The notes under the pieces: generated by a model
Told to the model about the DNA's origin: nothing
The model's input: the letters and a program-made list of their open reading frames with translations, nothing else
The model's database searches: none
Program-made: the position numbers and the translations under genes
Shown here: piece after piece, positions 12,776-25,482 of the stretch
How positions within the stretch are numbered: position 1 is the first letter of the stretch
How the letters are laid out: each line of letters starts with the position of its first letter
Assembly (NCBI GenBank): GCA_035221665.1
Contig: CM069141.1
Span: forward strand, 41,974,001-42,038,000
DNA length: 64,000 bases
Direction of reading: 5' to 3'
Source of the DNA: Okamejei kenojei
Taxonomy: Eukaryota

Positions 12776-13012
12776 GGGCAGCACAGTGGGGCAGCATTCC
12801 AGCGCTGGAGACCTGGGTACAATCCTGACTGTGAGTGCTGTCTGTACGGGGTTTGTACTTTCTCCCCATGACCTGCGTGAGTTTTCTCCTGGTGCTCTGG
12901 TTTCCACCCATGCTCCAAAGACGTGCAGGTTTATAAATTGACTTCGGTGTCGTTGTAAATTATCCATAGTGCGTGTAGGATAGAGCTCGTGTGTGGGGAT
13001 CTCTGGTCGGTT
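12776..13012 (+). mobile_element. tRNA-derived SINE (HE1/V-SINE-like), degraded
   Basis: Degenerate A/B box head plus the conserved body gtttgtac.ttctccccatgacctgcgtgagtttt. Confidence 0.8.
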
Positions 13013-13279
13013 TCTGGGACAAACCTAATCCTAACTCGGAAACGGAATATGATGGACACTACTTGCACGCCCATGGACTTACTTTTGTTTCTTCCACAAA
13101 TATCATGTCTTTTGCACAGTCTTTCTGTTTTCGCCGTGTTGGATAATTGAAGTATAATTTAAATCCTATGTGCTGATTGAGCCCCTGCCTCTGTTAAGCT
13201 GCTGCAAACGAGATTGTCATTGCAACTGTGCCACACTGTTCTTGTGCATAAGAGAATAAACTCAAATTGATTTGACTTG

Positions 13280-14020
13280 ATTAGGACAAAAGGACAAAGG
13301 ATATTTATTGTCACATACACCAATTGGTGTAGTGACATTTGTCTTGCCACGTGGCACACAGATAAAGATAAGACGCAACATTAAAGAATTTAACAATAAA
13401 CATAAAAAACATCCCCCCACAATGGTTCCCATTATGAGGGAATGCACGAAGTCCAGTCCCCATCCTCTTGTCCACCCATAGTTGGGCCTATTCAGGCCTC
13501 CGCAGTCGCCGCTATGGGGGACGATGTTACAGGTGATGGGTGATGGTGCTCCGGTGTCGGGAGAACCCACTCAGCGGCTCAGGGTGCCTGTAATGGCCAT
13601 TTCTTTGCTGGAGACCGCGGCTTCCGACGCCAACAGGCCGCACTGAATGGAGCTCCACAACTGGCGATCTCGCTGAGAGATCCCAGGCCCCCGACGTTAA
13701 AGTTGAAGTTCAGCGCCGCCGCCCACAGTCCCGCAGCTCCGCAAAGTTCACCGGAGCTCCAACGCGGCGACCCGGGCAAGGCATCGCCTGCTCTGCTCCG
13801 CAATAGCGCTCCAGTTCTGTGCAGCTGCCAAAGCCGTGGTTCTGTGCAGTCCCCGCAGGAAACGCCGCTCCAGGTCCGCTGGTAGGCCACAAGGACGGGT
13901 CAACAGTGCAGCCCGGAGAAGAGCTGCCTCTCCGACCAGGTAGGGACCCTAGAAAGCAGTTTCCCTCTCCCCCCACCCCCACATAAAAAAGGCTAGGACT
14001 CCGAAAACAAAAACACTCAA
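13280..14020 (-). mobile_element. CpG-rich unclassified non-autonomous repeat
   Basis: (ggacaaa)n tail and tttattgtcacatacacc are the reverse complement of the 3' end of 16484-17311. Confidence 0.7.
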
Positions 14021-14099
14021 CTATGAACTGAGAAAGAGAGAATGCAAATTAGTCTCAATGGCAGAGAAGGTGTAGGGGGAGGATATTGGGTAGAACAAA

Positions 14100-14620
14100 G
14101 GGAAACAAAAACTGAAGATGCTGCAATCTTAAGCAAGACATAACGTGTTGGAGGAATTCAACTGTTCAGGCAGCATCAGTGAAAGGAATGAAAGTGCCTT
14201 TGCAGGATAGAAGCCTTTGTTCCGAGAAGAGGAATGTCTGTATTGTCATGAACTGACGCAGCCATTAATTTGACTGTTAAGCTCATTTGCCTGTTTCAAG
14301 TGTTGAAATTATGAAGCCTGTTTCATCAAAACACGCTCAGACAAAACATGAGGTGTTCTTACTTGAGGTTATGCCGGGCCTCGTAATAGTGCAGAAGGCC
14401 ACACACACACAGAGGTCAAAGTGTGAGCAGAATGGCGATTTAAAATGGCGGACAATCGGAAGCTCAGGTTTACCCCTGCTGACTGAGTTCAGGTGCTCTG
14501 CAAATTGATTACCCGATCTGTGTTTGGTCTCTACAACGTAGTAGAGATTGTAAACATCAAAAGCAACAGACTAGATTGGAAGAAGTGCAAGTGAACTGCT
14601 GTCTCCTCTGAATGGTTGGA
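14100..14620 (-). mobile_element. Old degraded Penelope-like fragment
   Basis: Weak similarity to the GIY-YIG region and terminal repeat of the 14767-16462 element. Confidence 0.45.
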
Positions 14621-14865
14621 AAGGATAAGGTTTTTAGTTTAGTTTGATTGAGAGATACAGCACGGAAAGAGGCCCTTCGGCCCACCGAGTCTGCATCGAC
14701 CGGTGATCCCAGCACATTCACTCTACCCTACACACACATAGTACGGACAGAGTTACATTTAAACCAAGTTTTAAAGAAGGAACTGCAGATGCTGGAGAAT
14801 CGAGGGTACACAAAAAGCTGGAGGAACTCAGCGGGTGCAGCAGCATCTAAGGAGCGAAGGAGATA

Positions 14866-14899
14866 GGCGACGTTTCGGGTCGAGACCCTTCTTCAGACT
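14866..14899 (-). ncRNA. Minimal type I hammerhead ribozyme motif (PLE terminal repeat, antisense copy)
   Basis: Reverse complement: agt CTGAAGA a gggt-ctcg-accc GAAA c GTC gcc. Confidence 0.75.
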
Positions 14900-16366
14900 G
14901 GTCAGGGATCAGGGAAACGAGAAATATAGACGGTGATGTGGAGAGATGAGGAACAATGAGTGAAAGATATGCAAAAAAGTATCGGTGATAAAGGGAACAA
15001 GCCATTGTAAGCTGTTTGTGGTGTGAAAATGAGAAGCTGGTGCGACTAGGGTGGGGGAGAGAGATAGAGAGAGAGGGAATGCCAGGGCTCGAGGGCTGAG
15101 GGAGAGGTGGGAAGGGGAAGAAGGGGATGGTAGGGAAGTGTCGGAAATGGTCCAAGTGTATTTGAGTGCCGGATGGAAGTTTCCGACACTTCCCTACCAT
15201 TCCTTGACCTCACCATCTCTATTGCAGGTGATACGCTCCTGACCGACATCCACTACAAACCTACTGACTCCCACAGCTACCTGGACTACTCTTCCTCCCA
15301 CCCTGCTTCCTGTAAGGACTCCATCCCCTATTCCCAATTCCTCCGTCTACGCCGCATCTGCTCCCAGGATGAGGTGTTCCACACCAGGTCATCACAAATG
15401 GCCTCATTCTTCAGAGAACGGGGATTCCCCTCCCCACTATCGATGAGGCTCGCACCAGGGTCTCCTCCATACCCCGCAACACTGCCCTCGCTCCCCATTC
15501 CCCACTCGCAAACAGGGCAGAGTCCCCCTGGTCCTCACCTTTCACCCCACCAGCCGGCAAATACAACATATAGTCCTCCGCCAGTTTCGCCACCTCCAAC
15601 GTGACCCCTCCACCCGCCACATCTTCCCATCTCCCCCCCGTCTGCCTTCCGCAAAGACCGCTCCCTCCGCAACTCCCTTGTCCATTCTTCCCTCCCCTCC
15701 CACTCTACCCCTTCCCCGGGCACTTTCCCTTGCAACCGCAAGAAATGCAACACTTGTCCCTTCACCTCCCCCCTCCACTCCTTTCAGGGACCCAAGCAGT
15801 CCTTCCAGGTCCGATAGAGGTTCACCTGCACCTCCTCCAACCTCATCTACTGCATCCGCTGCTCCAGATGCCAGATGATCTATATCGGTGAGACCAAGCG
15901 GAGGCTTGGCGATCGCTTCGCCGAACACTCCGCTCGGTCCGCAATAACCAACCCGACCTCCCGGTGGCTCAGCACTTCAACTCCCCCTCCCATTCCACAT
16001 CCGACCTCTCGGTTTGGGCCTCCTCCACGGCCAGAGTGAGCAACACCGCAAGCTGGAGGAACAGCACCTCATATTCCGCTTGGGGAGTCTGCATCCTTTG
16101 GGCTTGAATATTGAATTTTCTCAATTCTGTTAACCCTTGCTGTCTCCTCCCCTTCCCACCTCTCCCTCAGCCCTCGGGCCCTGACATTCCCTCTATCTCT
16201 ATCTCCCTCCCCCACCCCAGTCGCACCAGCTTCTCATTTTCACACCACAAACAGCTTACAATGGCTTGTTCCCTTTATCACCGATACTTTTTTGCATATC
16301 TTTCACTCATTGTTCCTCATCTCTCCACATCACCGTCTATATTTCTCGTTTCCCTGATCCCTGACC

Positions 16367-16400
16367 AGTCTGAAGAAGGGTCTCGACCCGAAACGTCGCC
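16367..16400 (+). ncRNA. Minimal type I hammerhead ribozyme motif (PLE terminal repeat)
   Basis: CTGAAGA (16370-16376), stem II gggt-ctcg-accc, GAAA (16390-16393), palindromic ACGT stem III and a GTC cleavage triplet. Stem I is very short. Confidence 0.75.
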
Positions 16401-16483
16401 TATCTCCTTCGCTCCTTAGATGCTGCTGCACCCGCTGAGTTTCTCCAGCTTTTTGTGTACCCTACATTTAAACCAGGCCAATT

Positions 16484-17311
16484 GGCGAGGGGGCACCGTC
16501 GAGTATGGCTGCCCAGCCTGCAGCTGTCCATCCTTTCACCCTTTTTAAAATGTTTTAGTATGTTAAAAGTTCGTTTGGAGGTCTAATCTTTTTTATGTGG
16601 TGGGTGGGGGAAGGGGGAAACAATTTTTCTCAGTCCCTACCTGGTCGGAGATGCGGCTTTTCTCCGGGCCGTATCTTCGCCCCTTCCTCGCAGTTTACCA
16701 CCGGGACTGGAGCGCCGTTTCATGCCGGGACCGGCCAGAACTTCGACTTCAGCAGTGGCGCAGCACTGGGGGGGCCATCGCGGAGCGGTCGATGCCTTAC
16801 CCGGGACGCTGCGTGGTAAGCTCCGGAGTGCGGAGACCGCCGACTCCCAACATCGCGGAGCTGTCGTTGCGGAGCTTCCAGCTGCAGCGGCGCTAACTCT
16901 GAACACCGTGGAGCTTGGGATCTCTCGCCGAGATCGCCAGTGTCGGAGCTCCGACCAGCGCGGCCTGAGGACTTCGGGAGCCAAGTGGCCGTTCCAGATG
17001 CTCCAAGCCGCTGAAGAGTGTTCTCCCGACGCCGAAGCCCCATCATCCAGCGAGAGGGCCTGAACATTGGGCCGCCAGTGCAGCGACTGCGTAGGCCTCA
17101 ATAGGCCCGACCATGGGTGAACAAGGGGAAGGAGACTGGACTTTGTGCCTCTCCTCACAGTGGGAACCATTGTGGGGGGATGTTTTTATGTTTTATATTC
17201 AATTCTTTTTTAATGTGGTGTCTTACTTTTATTAGTGTGCTGCAAATGGCAACTCAAATTTCACTACACCAGAAATGGTGTATGTGACAATAAATGTCCT
17301 TTGTCCTTTGT
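16484..17311 (+). mobile_element. CpG-rich unclassified non-autonomous retroposon, apparently full length
   Basis: Flanked by ccaatt direct repeats inside a SINE; ends gtgacAATAAAtgtcctttgtcctttgt; no credible ORF. Confidence 0.7.
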
Positions 17312-18343
17312 CCAATTAACCTACAAACTTGTATGTCTTTGGAGTGTGAGGCGAAAATGAAGATTTTGGGGGGAAAACCCATGCAGGTCACGGGGAGAAT
17401 GTACAAACTCCGTACCGACAAGCACACCACAGTCAGGGTCTAATCCAGGTCTCTGGCACTGTAAGGCAGTAGCTCTACCACTATGCCACTGTGCCGCACT
17501 AAGGTGAAACACAGCCACTGGCCATTGCCGAACATGATGCCAGGTTAAACTAATCTCTCCTCCTCTGCCTGCATATGATCCACATCCCTAATTCACTGCA
17601 TATCCACACGTCTATCTCAAAACATCTTTGACACCACAATCCTATCTGCTTCCATCACCACCCTTGTAGCACGTTTCAGGCATTTTCCTCCGCATATAAA
17701 GAGCTTGCCTTGCAAATCTCCTTGCATCTTTCTCCCTCCTTAAAGCTGTGCCCTCTAGTCTTTAAAGCCCCTGTCCCACTTAGGAAACCTGAACGGAAAC
17801 CTTTGGAGACCGTGTGCCCCACCCAAGGTTTCCGTGAGGTTCCCAGGGGTTCCGGTCACTCTCCATGAGTCACCAGAGGTTCTGGTCAATTGCCTGGAGA
17901 GCCTCAACCGAAGCGTGAGCTGCATCTACTGACCAAAGATCTTTGCTGCCGACCGCGAGCACACACAAACACACAAACACATCTCGAAGGTGGGAGCCAG
18001 GGACAGCGGAGGAGCGTTTTCTGCATGTGAAGAGGAAAGTAAACGGCTGCCACAGAGCACGGTAAGTCCTTTAGAGAGCGAGGGAGAGAAGGACAGAGGG
18101 GGGGGGGGTGGGAAGAAGGGGGGGGGAGAAACGAGGGAGAGAAGGAGTGGAAACAGTTTTAGGAAGTTTAATAAAGTTAGCGGGCATTTTACCTTCTAGG
18201 TCCTGAAAACCAAAGAAGATTTCTTTGTTGAAAACTCCAATGAGCCAATCAGAATGGCCGGTCATTGAAGGCCTTCGACTGGCTGTAAGTAAAAATGTGA
18301 CCCCACCACTGGCTTCGACAAAACGGCAACCTATTTTTAGTTG

Positions 18344-18961
18344 TGTGAGAGATAAAGTGATTAAACCCCACTATTGTAAGGGGCTTTAAAGAGGATTCAA
18401 ACCGATAGGGGCCAGGGGGAGGGTTCTGACACAGCTGTGTATAAAAGTTACAGGTCCCATCCTTGAGTAAGAAGTGATAGCATTGTATAGCGGTAGAAGG
18501 GAGTGATGTAGATAGCTCCCTATCAGTAGAATGGGGTAATAGATGGGACCCTTGTCACTATAGCTTAGCTTTAGTGCTGATATAGGAGGACTGAGAGAGT
18601 TCACTTGGAGGTGAGTAAAACTAGGATAGGTCATGAACAACTGAGCATGCTTAATAAAATAAATGAATATTACAACACACCCCTGGTCAAGAAACTGCTC
18701 ATTACCATGAACATGCAATGTATGATGTGGGAGGTACTGGGGGAAGTACCTACAGGTTGTCCACCTCAGTGTCTGATTGGAGCGGGTCCAAGGAGGGAAG
18801 GTTGGATGTAGAATTGTGTGTATAAAGGGGGATGACTCTTCTGACTTCGGTGTGTCTCAACTTGGAGAGGCACCCGATTCTGCAGACTCGAAAATAAAGA
18901 ATCTCTTGCTTCCAAGATTTAGTCTTTGAGTAGTGATTGTGAGCACATTGCATATCTCACA
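18344..18961 (+). mobile_element. Solo LTR (ERV/LTR retroelement)
   Basis: TGTGAGA...TCTCACA termini, 4-bp TSD gttg, TATAAA at 18821 and AATAAA at ~18893. Confidence 0.85.
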
Positions 18962-19433
18962 GTTGCGGCCGGTTTTGATTTTTTTGAAATAATCGCAGGA
19001 ACATAGCAGAAGCCGCGATTACGCGGAAACCATTTTCCACGATTAGGGAGAGTGACAGGAACCTCCGGGAACCTCATGGAAACCTTGGGTGTGGCGGAAG
19101 GTTTCCGTTCAGGTTTCCTAAGTGGGAAGATCCGCCGGAAGGTTAAATGCCCGTTAACTTTATTAAACTTATTAAAACTGTCTCCACTCCTTCTACCCGC
19201 CGTTCTCCCCCCTTATTCCCCCTTCTCTCTCCCCTGCTCGCTCCCCTTCTCTCTCCCCTCCTCGCTTCCCTTCTCTCCCTCCCTCCCGCGCACTCTTACC
19301 ACTTACCATGCTCCATGGCAGCCGTTTACTTTCCTCTTCAATACGCAGAAAGCACTCCTCCGCTGTCCCTGGCCCCCACCTTCACGATGTGTTTGTGTGT
19401 GTGCGCGGTCGGCAGCAAAGAACCTATAGGATC

Positions 19434-22400
19434 TTTTTTTTTTTTTTTTATTTTTTTTTTTTAAAGATAGGAAGATAGAGAAAGAGAATAGAAAATAGAA
19501 AGAAAATGTGAGAAGTTTGATGGAGATTGAAGTATTACTAATAATCCATTCTTGGAGATACATTCATGATTTATTATATGTATTTCTTCATCCATTCAGA
19601 TATTCAGGCCTCAGTCAAGTCCCTGTGCCGAACCATTGTGACCCTGTAGATATTTAATATAGGGAGACCATATCCCTTTGAAGAGATCTAACCTGTCCAT
19701 AAGGACAAGTCTCAATCTCTCCAAGTGAAGTGTCTCCGTCATTTCTGTATTCCACATTTTAATTGTTGGGGATACAGGGCCTTTCCAAAATTTTAATATT
19801 AATTTTTTCCCAATTATTAAAGAATAGTCGATAAAAGTTCTTTGATTCCTTGTAATTATTTGTTCCGTTTCCGGTATTCCAAGTATGATTAACTTTGGGT
19901 CAGGAATCATAGTAATATTAATAACATTCGAGACTATCTTAAATATTTCATTCCAATATTCTAGAATCTTCGTACAATTAGTAAATGAATGTGACAAAGT
20001 TGCTTCTAAGATTTGACATTTATCACATATAGGTGATAATTTTGGAAATATATTATGTAATTTAGATTTAGAATAATGTAATCTATGTAAAATTTTAAAC
20101 TGTATAAGAGCATGTTTAGCATTTAACGAACAGTAATGTATGTGTTGTAAGCTTTCTTCCCATATTTCTGGGCTTATTATTTGACTTAATTCATTTTCCC
20201 AACGCTGTCTATGTGTTTTCCGATGATGGAATATCACTTTCCAACAAAATATTGTAAATGTATGATATCATTTTTTCTGTATTTTGGATGTTTATTCAAG
20301 CATTCATCTAAAAATTTCACTCTTTCTATTTCTGAGTTCTTGTGTATTTGCAGAGATATAGTTTCTGATTTGTAAATATCTGAAATATTCATTATTATGA
20401 AGCCCGTAAGTTTGTTGTAATTCTTGAAATGAAAGAGAAGAATTTTCCTTATAAAGATCCCCTATATTTAAAATTCCTTTATTTTTCCATTGTATAAAAG
20501 CCTTATCCATCGTTGACGGTTTAAACGTAAAATTGTTGGCAATTGTAAGACTAGCGGTATAAATTTTAGTTTTAGTGTTTTCTTTATTTGTTTCCAAATA
20601 CGTATTCACTTTCTATTATCAAATTTTCACTATAAATTTTCTTAGGTACATTAATATTAGCAAATATTATAGAGCTAATTTCAAATGGAAAAACAGTCTT
20701 CTCTTTCCATTTTTAACCAATTTGGTTTATTATCTGTTTCTCCTAACCAGAAATTCATATTTTTAATATTAACTGCCCAATAATAAAACATAAAATTTGG
20801 TAAAGCTAAAACCCCCGTTTATTTTAGCTTTACATAAATGTTTTTTATTTATTCTATGATTCTTATAATCCCAGATAAAGTTAGTGACTATTGAATCTAC
20901 TTTTTTAAAAAAATTTTTAGAGAGATATATCGGGATTGATTGAAATAAATATAATAATTGTGGGAGGAAAATCATTTTATTGCGTTTATTTTACCTAACA
21001 TTGAGATAGGTAAGCTTTTCCAGTATAAGATATTTTTATTTAATTTATTCATAAATTTGCATATAATAATTTAATCCAAGTAGTAAACTTATCACCAAGC
21101 TTAAAGGCTTCCATCACCGAAAATAGATAAGGCCATTCCACCTGGTCAAAAGCTTTTTCTGCATCCAACGAGATGACTACTAAGTCTTTTTTATCACTTC
21201 TTTTCGAATATATGATATTAAATAACCGTCTTAGATTATATGAAGAATATCTTTTAGGTATAAATCCTGTTTGATCAGGATGAATTAATTCGTTAACAAT
21301 TTTGCTTAATCTTTGTGCAAGAGTCTTTGTTAAAATTTTTTGATCCGTATTTAATAAAGCAATTGCTCTATATGATCCTGGGTCATCCAAATCTTTATTT
21401 ATTTTGGGTATAAGTGTTATAATAGATTCGTTCAATGTATCTGGTAATTTCTCTTGTGTATATATCTGTTCATATAATGATTTTAAATATGGGACCATTT
21501 GGTCATGAAAAATTTTATAAAATTCCGAGCCTATACCATCTGGTCCTGGAGTTTTACCATTTTTAAAGATTTAATAGATTCTTGGATTTCTTTTATTGAA
21601 ATATCGGCATTTAATAGTTCTCTATTTTGTAAATCTAATTCTTTAAGTTACATACATTTAAAAAGGCATCTATTTCTGTTTTATTTACTGTCGTGTTACC
21701 AGTATACAAATTTTTATAATATTGCATAAATCTTTCATTAATATCCTTGGGTTGTATTAATAATTCACCGTTTGTGATTTAATCCTATGTATAATTTTTT
21801 CAGCTTCAATTTTCCTTAATTGTCGAGCCAATAGTTTTTGTGGTTTGTCTCCAAATACAAACAACAATTGTTTAGTATGTTGGTAATATTTTAAAACTTG
21901 ATCAGTATATATTTTATTTAATTTATACTTCAATGCTACAATTTTATTATGTATTATTTATATCTGATTTTGTTGCATTCTGTATATCTAATTGTTTAAT
22001 CTCCCTTTCTAAGTCCTGTTGTTCCTTCCGAATCTTCTTATTATGGAATGCTTGTGAAGAAATCATAATTCCTCGAAGATATGCTTTAAATGTTTCCCAT
22101 AATAAAGAGCGAGATATTTCTGGTTGATCATTTATTTCAAAAAACATCTTAATCTGAGTTATAATGTATTCCTGAGTGGTTTTATTTTTTAAAATTTGTG
22201 GATTAAGTTTCCATTGTCCTAGATTTTCTGTTTTACCATTTATTTTAATTTTAAATGTTAATGGCGCATGATCTGAAATTATAATATTATGATATTTGGA
22301 TTCGTAAGTAAGTGAAATAAGCTTTGCATCTACCAGAAAGTAATCTATTCTTGAATAAGTTTTTATGTACTGGCGAGTAGAAGGAATATTCTCGGACCAG

Positions 22401-24271
22401 TAGGATTTTCTGTTCTCCAGACATCTTTAATGTTAGTCGTTTGGATGTATGCGTTTAATAAATCACTAGTATGCGATTTAATTTTTCTTTGTTTTGAAGA
22501 TCTATCTAAATAAGGGTCTAATGTACAATTAAAATCTCCTCCAATTATCAAATTGTAATGTGTTAATTCCGGAATATTATTAAGTACTTTCTTAAAGAAT
22601 AAAGGACTATCAAAATTTGGTCCATAGATGTTAACAAAAATCATTTTTTCCCTATTTATTTCTCCTATCACAATAATGTATCTGCCATCTTTATCAGATA
22701 TAGTAGATGTATGCTTAAATAAAGTACCTTTACGAAATAATATTGCTACGGCCTCTTGATTTATGCGTAAAGGAAGAGTGATATATTTTATCTATCCATT
22801 TAGCTTTCAGCCTATTTTCAGCGTCTTTCTTTAGGTGAGTTTTCTTGAATATAAATTACATCAGCTTTCATTGCCTTTAAGTGTGTCAATATTTTTTCCT
22901 CTTTTTATTGGTTCATTGATACCTTTAACATTCCAACTGCAAAAGGTTAATCCCTCGTTCCCCATATTTCTTTTTAAATCCTGCATTTTAGGTTTGTGGG
23001 AATCTAGAATAGGGTCCAAGGGTCCGCGCAGTAGACCTAACCTTACACCCGAACACCGAATAGATGAATTTTAGATCTCTTTTATGTACTTCACGAATAT
23101 ATCTCCATTGTTCCAGTGTATAGCTCCATTCAAACTGAAAGATATAGTAAACATAAAAGAATAGTGAAGAGTAGGTAAAAAGCTTAGTAGAGTGCATAAA
23201 GAGTAGAAAAACTACAAATAAAATATTTGTAGTTTGTGAAAGCCAAACTATATTGGCTATTAATCTAAAGGCTTCCGGCATTGATGTTATTAATTTAGCC
23301 ATCTCCTAATTTTAAGGAATTATTATTCCATGATAATATTTTAACGGGGATATAATATTAAAGAAATGAAAGGAGTGATATTAATCATCATAAAAGTATA
23401 TATATCTAAAATTAGTTTAAAAATCTAATTATAAAGCCGCAGATAAAGAGTTTTTTAAAATACAAAAAATAGAAATCATTATTAAAAAAAGGAAAAAAAA
23501 ACATTAAGGGGAGGGTATCTCCAAATGTAACAAGACATAAAATATTAATTATTAGTAGTATTAATTAGCAATAGTGAACAGTCTTGGTTAATAATAGTCA
23601 TAGTGATAATAAAACCGCGTTATAATTTTAGTATGTGTGTTATTTGTTTGTGTTAGTTATATATTATGACTAATTGTCAATGTTCGGTGAGCTTCTTCCA
23701 ATCCGGGAAAACATTTCGTTCCATACGACATTGTCCGTTCCTTCTAATTTCTTCAAATTCCATATTATCGTATGAAGTCTCATAGAATGTTAAGAGACCG
23801 TACTAGGTCTTTAAAAATAGTAAAAGACAGTATATTTGCTTGTAGATGGTTTTCAAGTGTCAAACTGCTTTGCAAATTCCATTGCTTCTGTTGGAGTCTT
23901 GAAGAAGTGTTCCACGTTGTTGTAAGTAACTCTTAGGATGGCTGGGTAATTCAAACCGTATCTCAAGTTTTCTACACCCCTCATAAGGTTTTTGGCTTCG
24001 TTAAACGCTTTTCGTTTTCTGGCGACCTCTGGGGGATAGTCTCGATAGATACTGAAACATCAGATTCTTGAAACATCAGATTCTTTGTTCTCGAGGCTCT
24101 CCGCATAATATCCTCGAGAATAAAATCATATTGTAAATTTACAATCATTTGTCTTGGGGGGGCGTTTGTTACTGGTCTGTCTTCTGCCGACTCGATGTGC
24201 ACGAGCTAATACAGGCATATCATCCAAAGATAAAACAGCTTGCAGTAATTTAGCAGTGAATTCTAACCTAT
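19434..24271 (-). mobile_element. L1-clade LINE, 5'-truncated in ORF1, fragmented ORF2
   Basis: Poly(A) tail (poly-T at 19434-19462) and TSD cctataggatcttt (19423-19436/24272-24285). APE motifs NIYGPN/GGDFN, RT motifs YRAIALLNTD/DQTGF/LDAEKAFD, a C-terminal CDKC..H...C knuckle, and an ORF1 C-terminal remnant at ~23860-24270. Confidence 0.95.
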
Positions 24272-24778
24272 CCTATAGGATCTTTGGTCAGTAGATGCAG
24301 CTCACGCTTCGGTTGAGGCTCTCCGGGCAATTGACCAGAACCTCAGGTGACTCATGGAGAATGACCGGAATCCCCGGGAACCTCACGGGAACCTCTGGGA
24401 ACCTCACGGAAACCTTGGGTGGGGCACACGTTCTCCAGAGGTTTCCGTTCAGGTTTCCTAAGTGGGACAGGGGCTTAACAAAAGATGAGGTGTTGATCCT
24501 CCTGTATATGTTGGGCCTCATTGTAGTAATGCAGGAGGCTACAGACAGAATGGTTGGAGTAAGAATAGGATGGTGATTTGAAATGCCAAAGTAATCAGAA
24601 GTCTAACGCCCTGAGGAATATGTTCTGACTGTTTATCATATCTATGCCTCTCATAATTTTATATACCTCTATCAAATCTCCCCTCAATCTCTGACAGTCC
24701 AGACAAAACAATTCAACAAAGAACAGCTATTTCTTTTGGTTGCATGGGAAAGTGCCCAACACTGGAAAGTAGGGAAGA

Positions 24779-25015
24779 GGACACAAAAGGTTTAGTAACT
24801 CGGCAGGTCAGGTAGCATCTCTGGAGAATATAAATATGGATAGGTGACGTTTCAGGTCAGAATCCTTCTTCAGAACAAAAAAGGGTCCCATCAGTCTGAA
24901 GAACGGTCCTGACCCAAAACTTCACTTATCCATATTCACCAGAGATGGTGCTTGAACCGCTGAGTTAATCCAGCACTTTGTGTTTTTTTTGGACACCAGC
25001 ATCTGCAGTTTCTTG
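24779..25015. mobile_element. Short fold-back Penelope derivative with two opposed hammerhead-like motifs
   Basis: Minus-strand motif at 24843-24876 (ctgaaga..gaaacgtc intact) and a degenerate plus-strand motif at ~24893-24926, inside inverted arms. Confidence 0.65.
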
Positions 25016-25333
25016 TTTTATAATGGGAAGTAGAATTCAGGAGAGTGGGAGCGTGGATCAGAGTGTTAAAAAGGGAACAATGTTCAAAATGCTGAAAAGC
25101 AATGTGTGATTGGTGGTGGAATTTTGTTGGAACTGGTGAAAATTGCATAGGATGATCTGTTGAGTGCACAAATTGGTGGGGCCAAATGAGAGGACTAGGG
25201 ATGTTCTGTTCTTCCAAAATCGCTATTCCATGGCTACATTACTTCAACACATTACTGACATTCCAATTCCCCTTGTTCCACCCATTGTCCTCCCCAACCT
25301 TCTCAGCGGCAAAGGCAAACTTGCATTCTCTTT

Positions 25334-25482
25334 GTTCTTTATCTCTCCACATCACCGTCTATATCTCTCGTTTCCCTGATCCTGACCAGTCTGAAGAAGG
25401 GTCTCGACCCGGAACGTCACCTATCTCCTTCGCTCCTTAGATGCTACTGCACCCGCTGAGTTTCTCCAGCCTTTTGTGTACC
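25334..25482 (+). mobile_element. Penelope terminal-repeat fragment with a hammerhead-like motif
   Basis: Near-identical to 16320-16462; 14-bp TSD cttgcattctcttt (25320-25333/25483-25496); GAAA box reads GGAA. Confidence 0.8.

Larger units (their letters stand above)
14767..16462 (+). mobile_element. Penelope-like element (RT thumb + GIY-YIG) with inverted terminal repeats
   Basis: PFLDL..YKPTDSHSYLDYSSSHP..SIPYSQFLRLRRICS (15173-15430) and FTCTSSNLIYCIRC..C..IYIGETKR..RF.EH (~15820-15930). A ~320-bp inverted repeat pairs ~14803-15125 with ~16140-16462. 13-bp TSD tacatttaaacca (14754-14766/16463-16475). Confidence 0.93.
14633..17497 (-). mobile_element. tRNA-derived SINE split by two younger insertions
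   Basis: Tail half at 14633-14766 and head half at 17312-17497 (A/B boxes on the minus strand); the two insertion sites are marked by TSDs. Confidence 0.8.
17766..24475. mobile_element. PIF/Harbinger-type non-autonomous palindromic DNA transposon hosting a solo LTR and an L1
   Basis: TIR agcccctgtcccacttaggaaacctgaacggaaacc is inverted at 24440-24475; TAA flanks both ends (17763-17765/24476-24478); long internal inverted arms. Confidence 0.8.

Noticed and set aside
16595-17170. Overlapping 100-177 aa ORFs in GC-rich repeats (also 13579-13982, 27615-28183, 52596-53089)
   Set aside because: Open in several frames because of GC content, with no domain motifs and no conservation between family copies.
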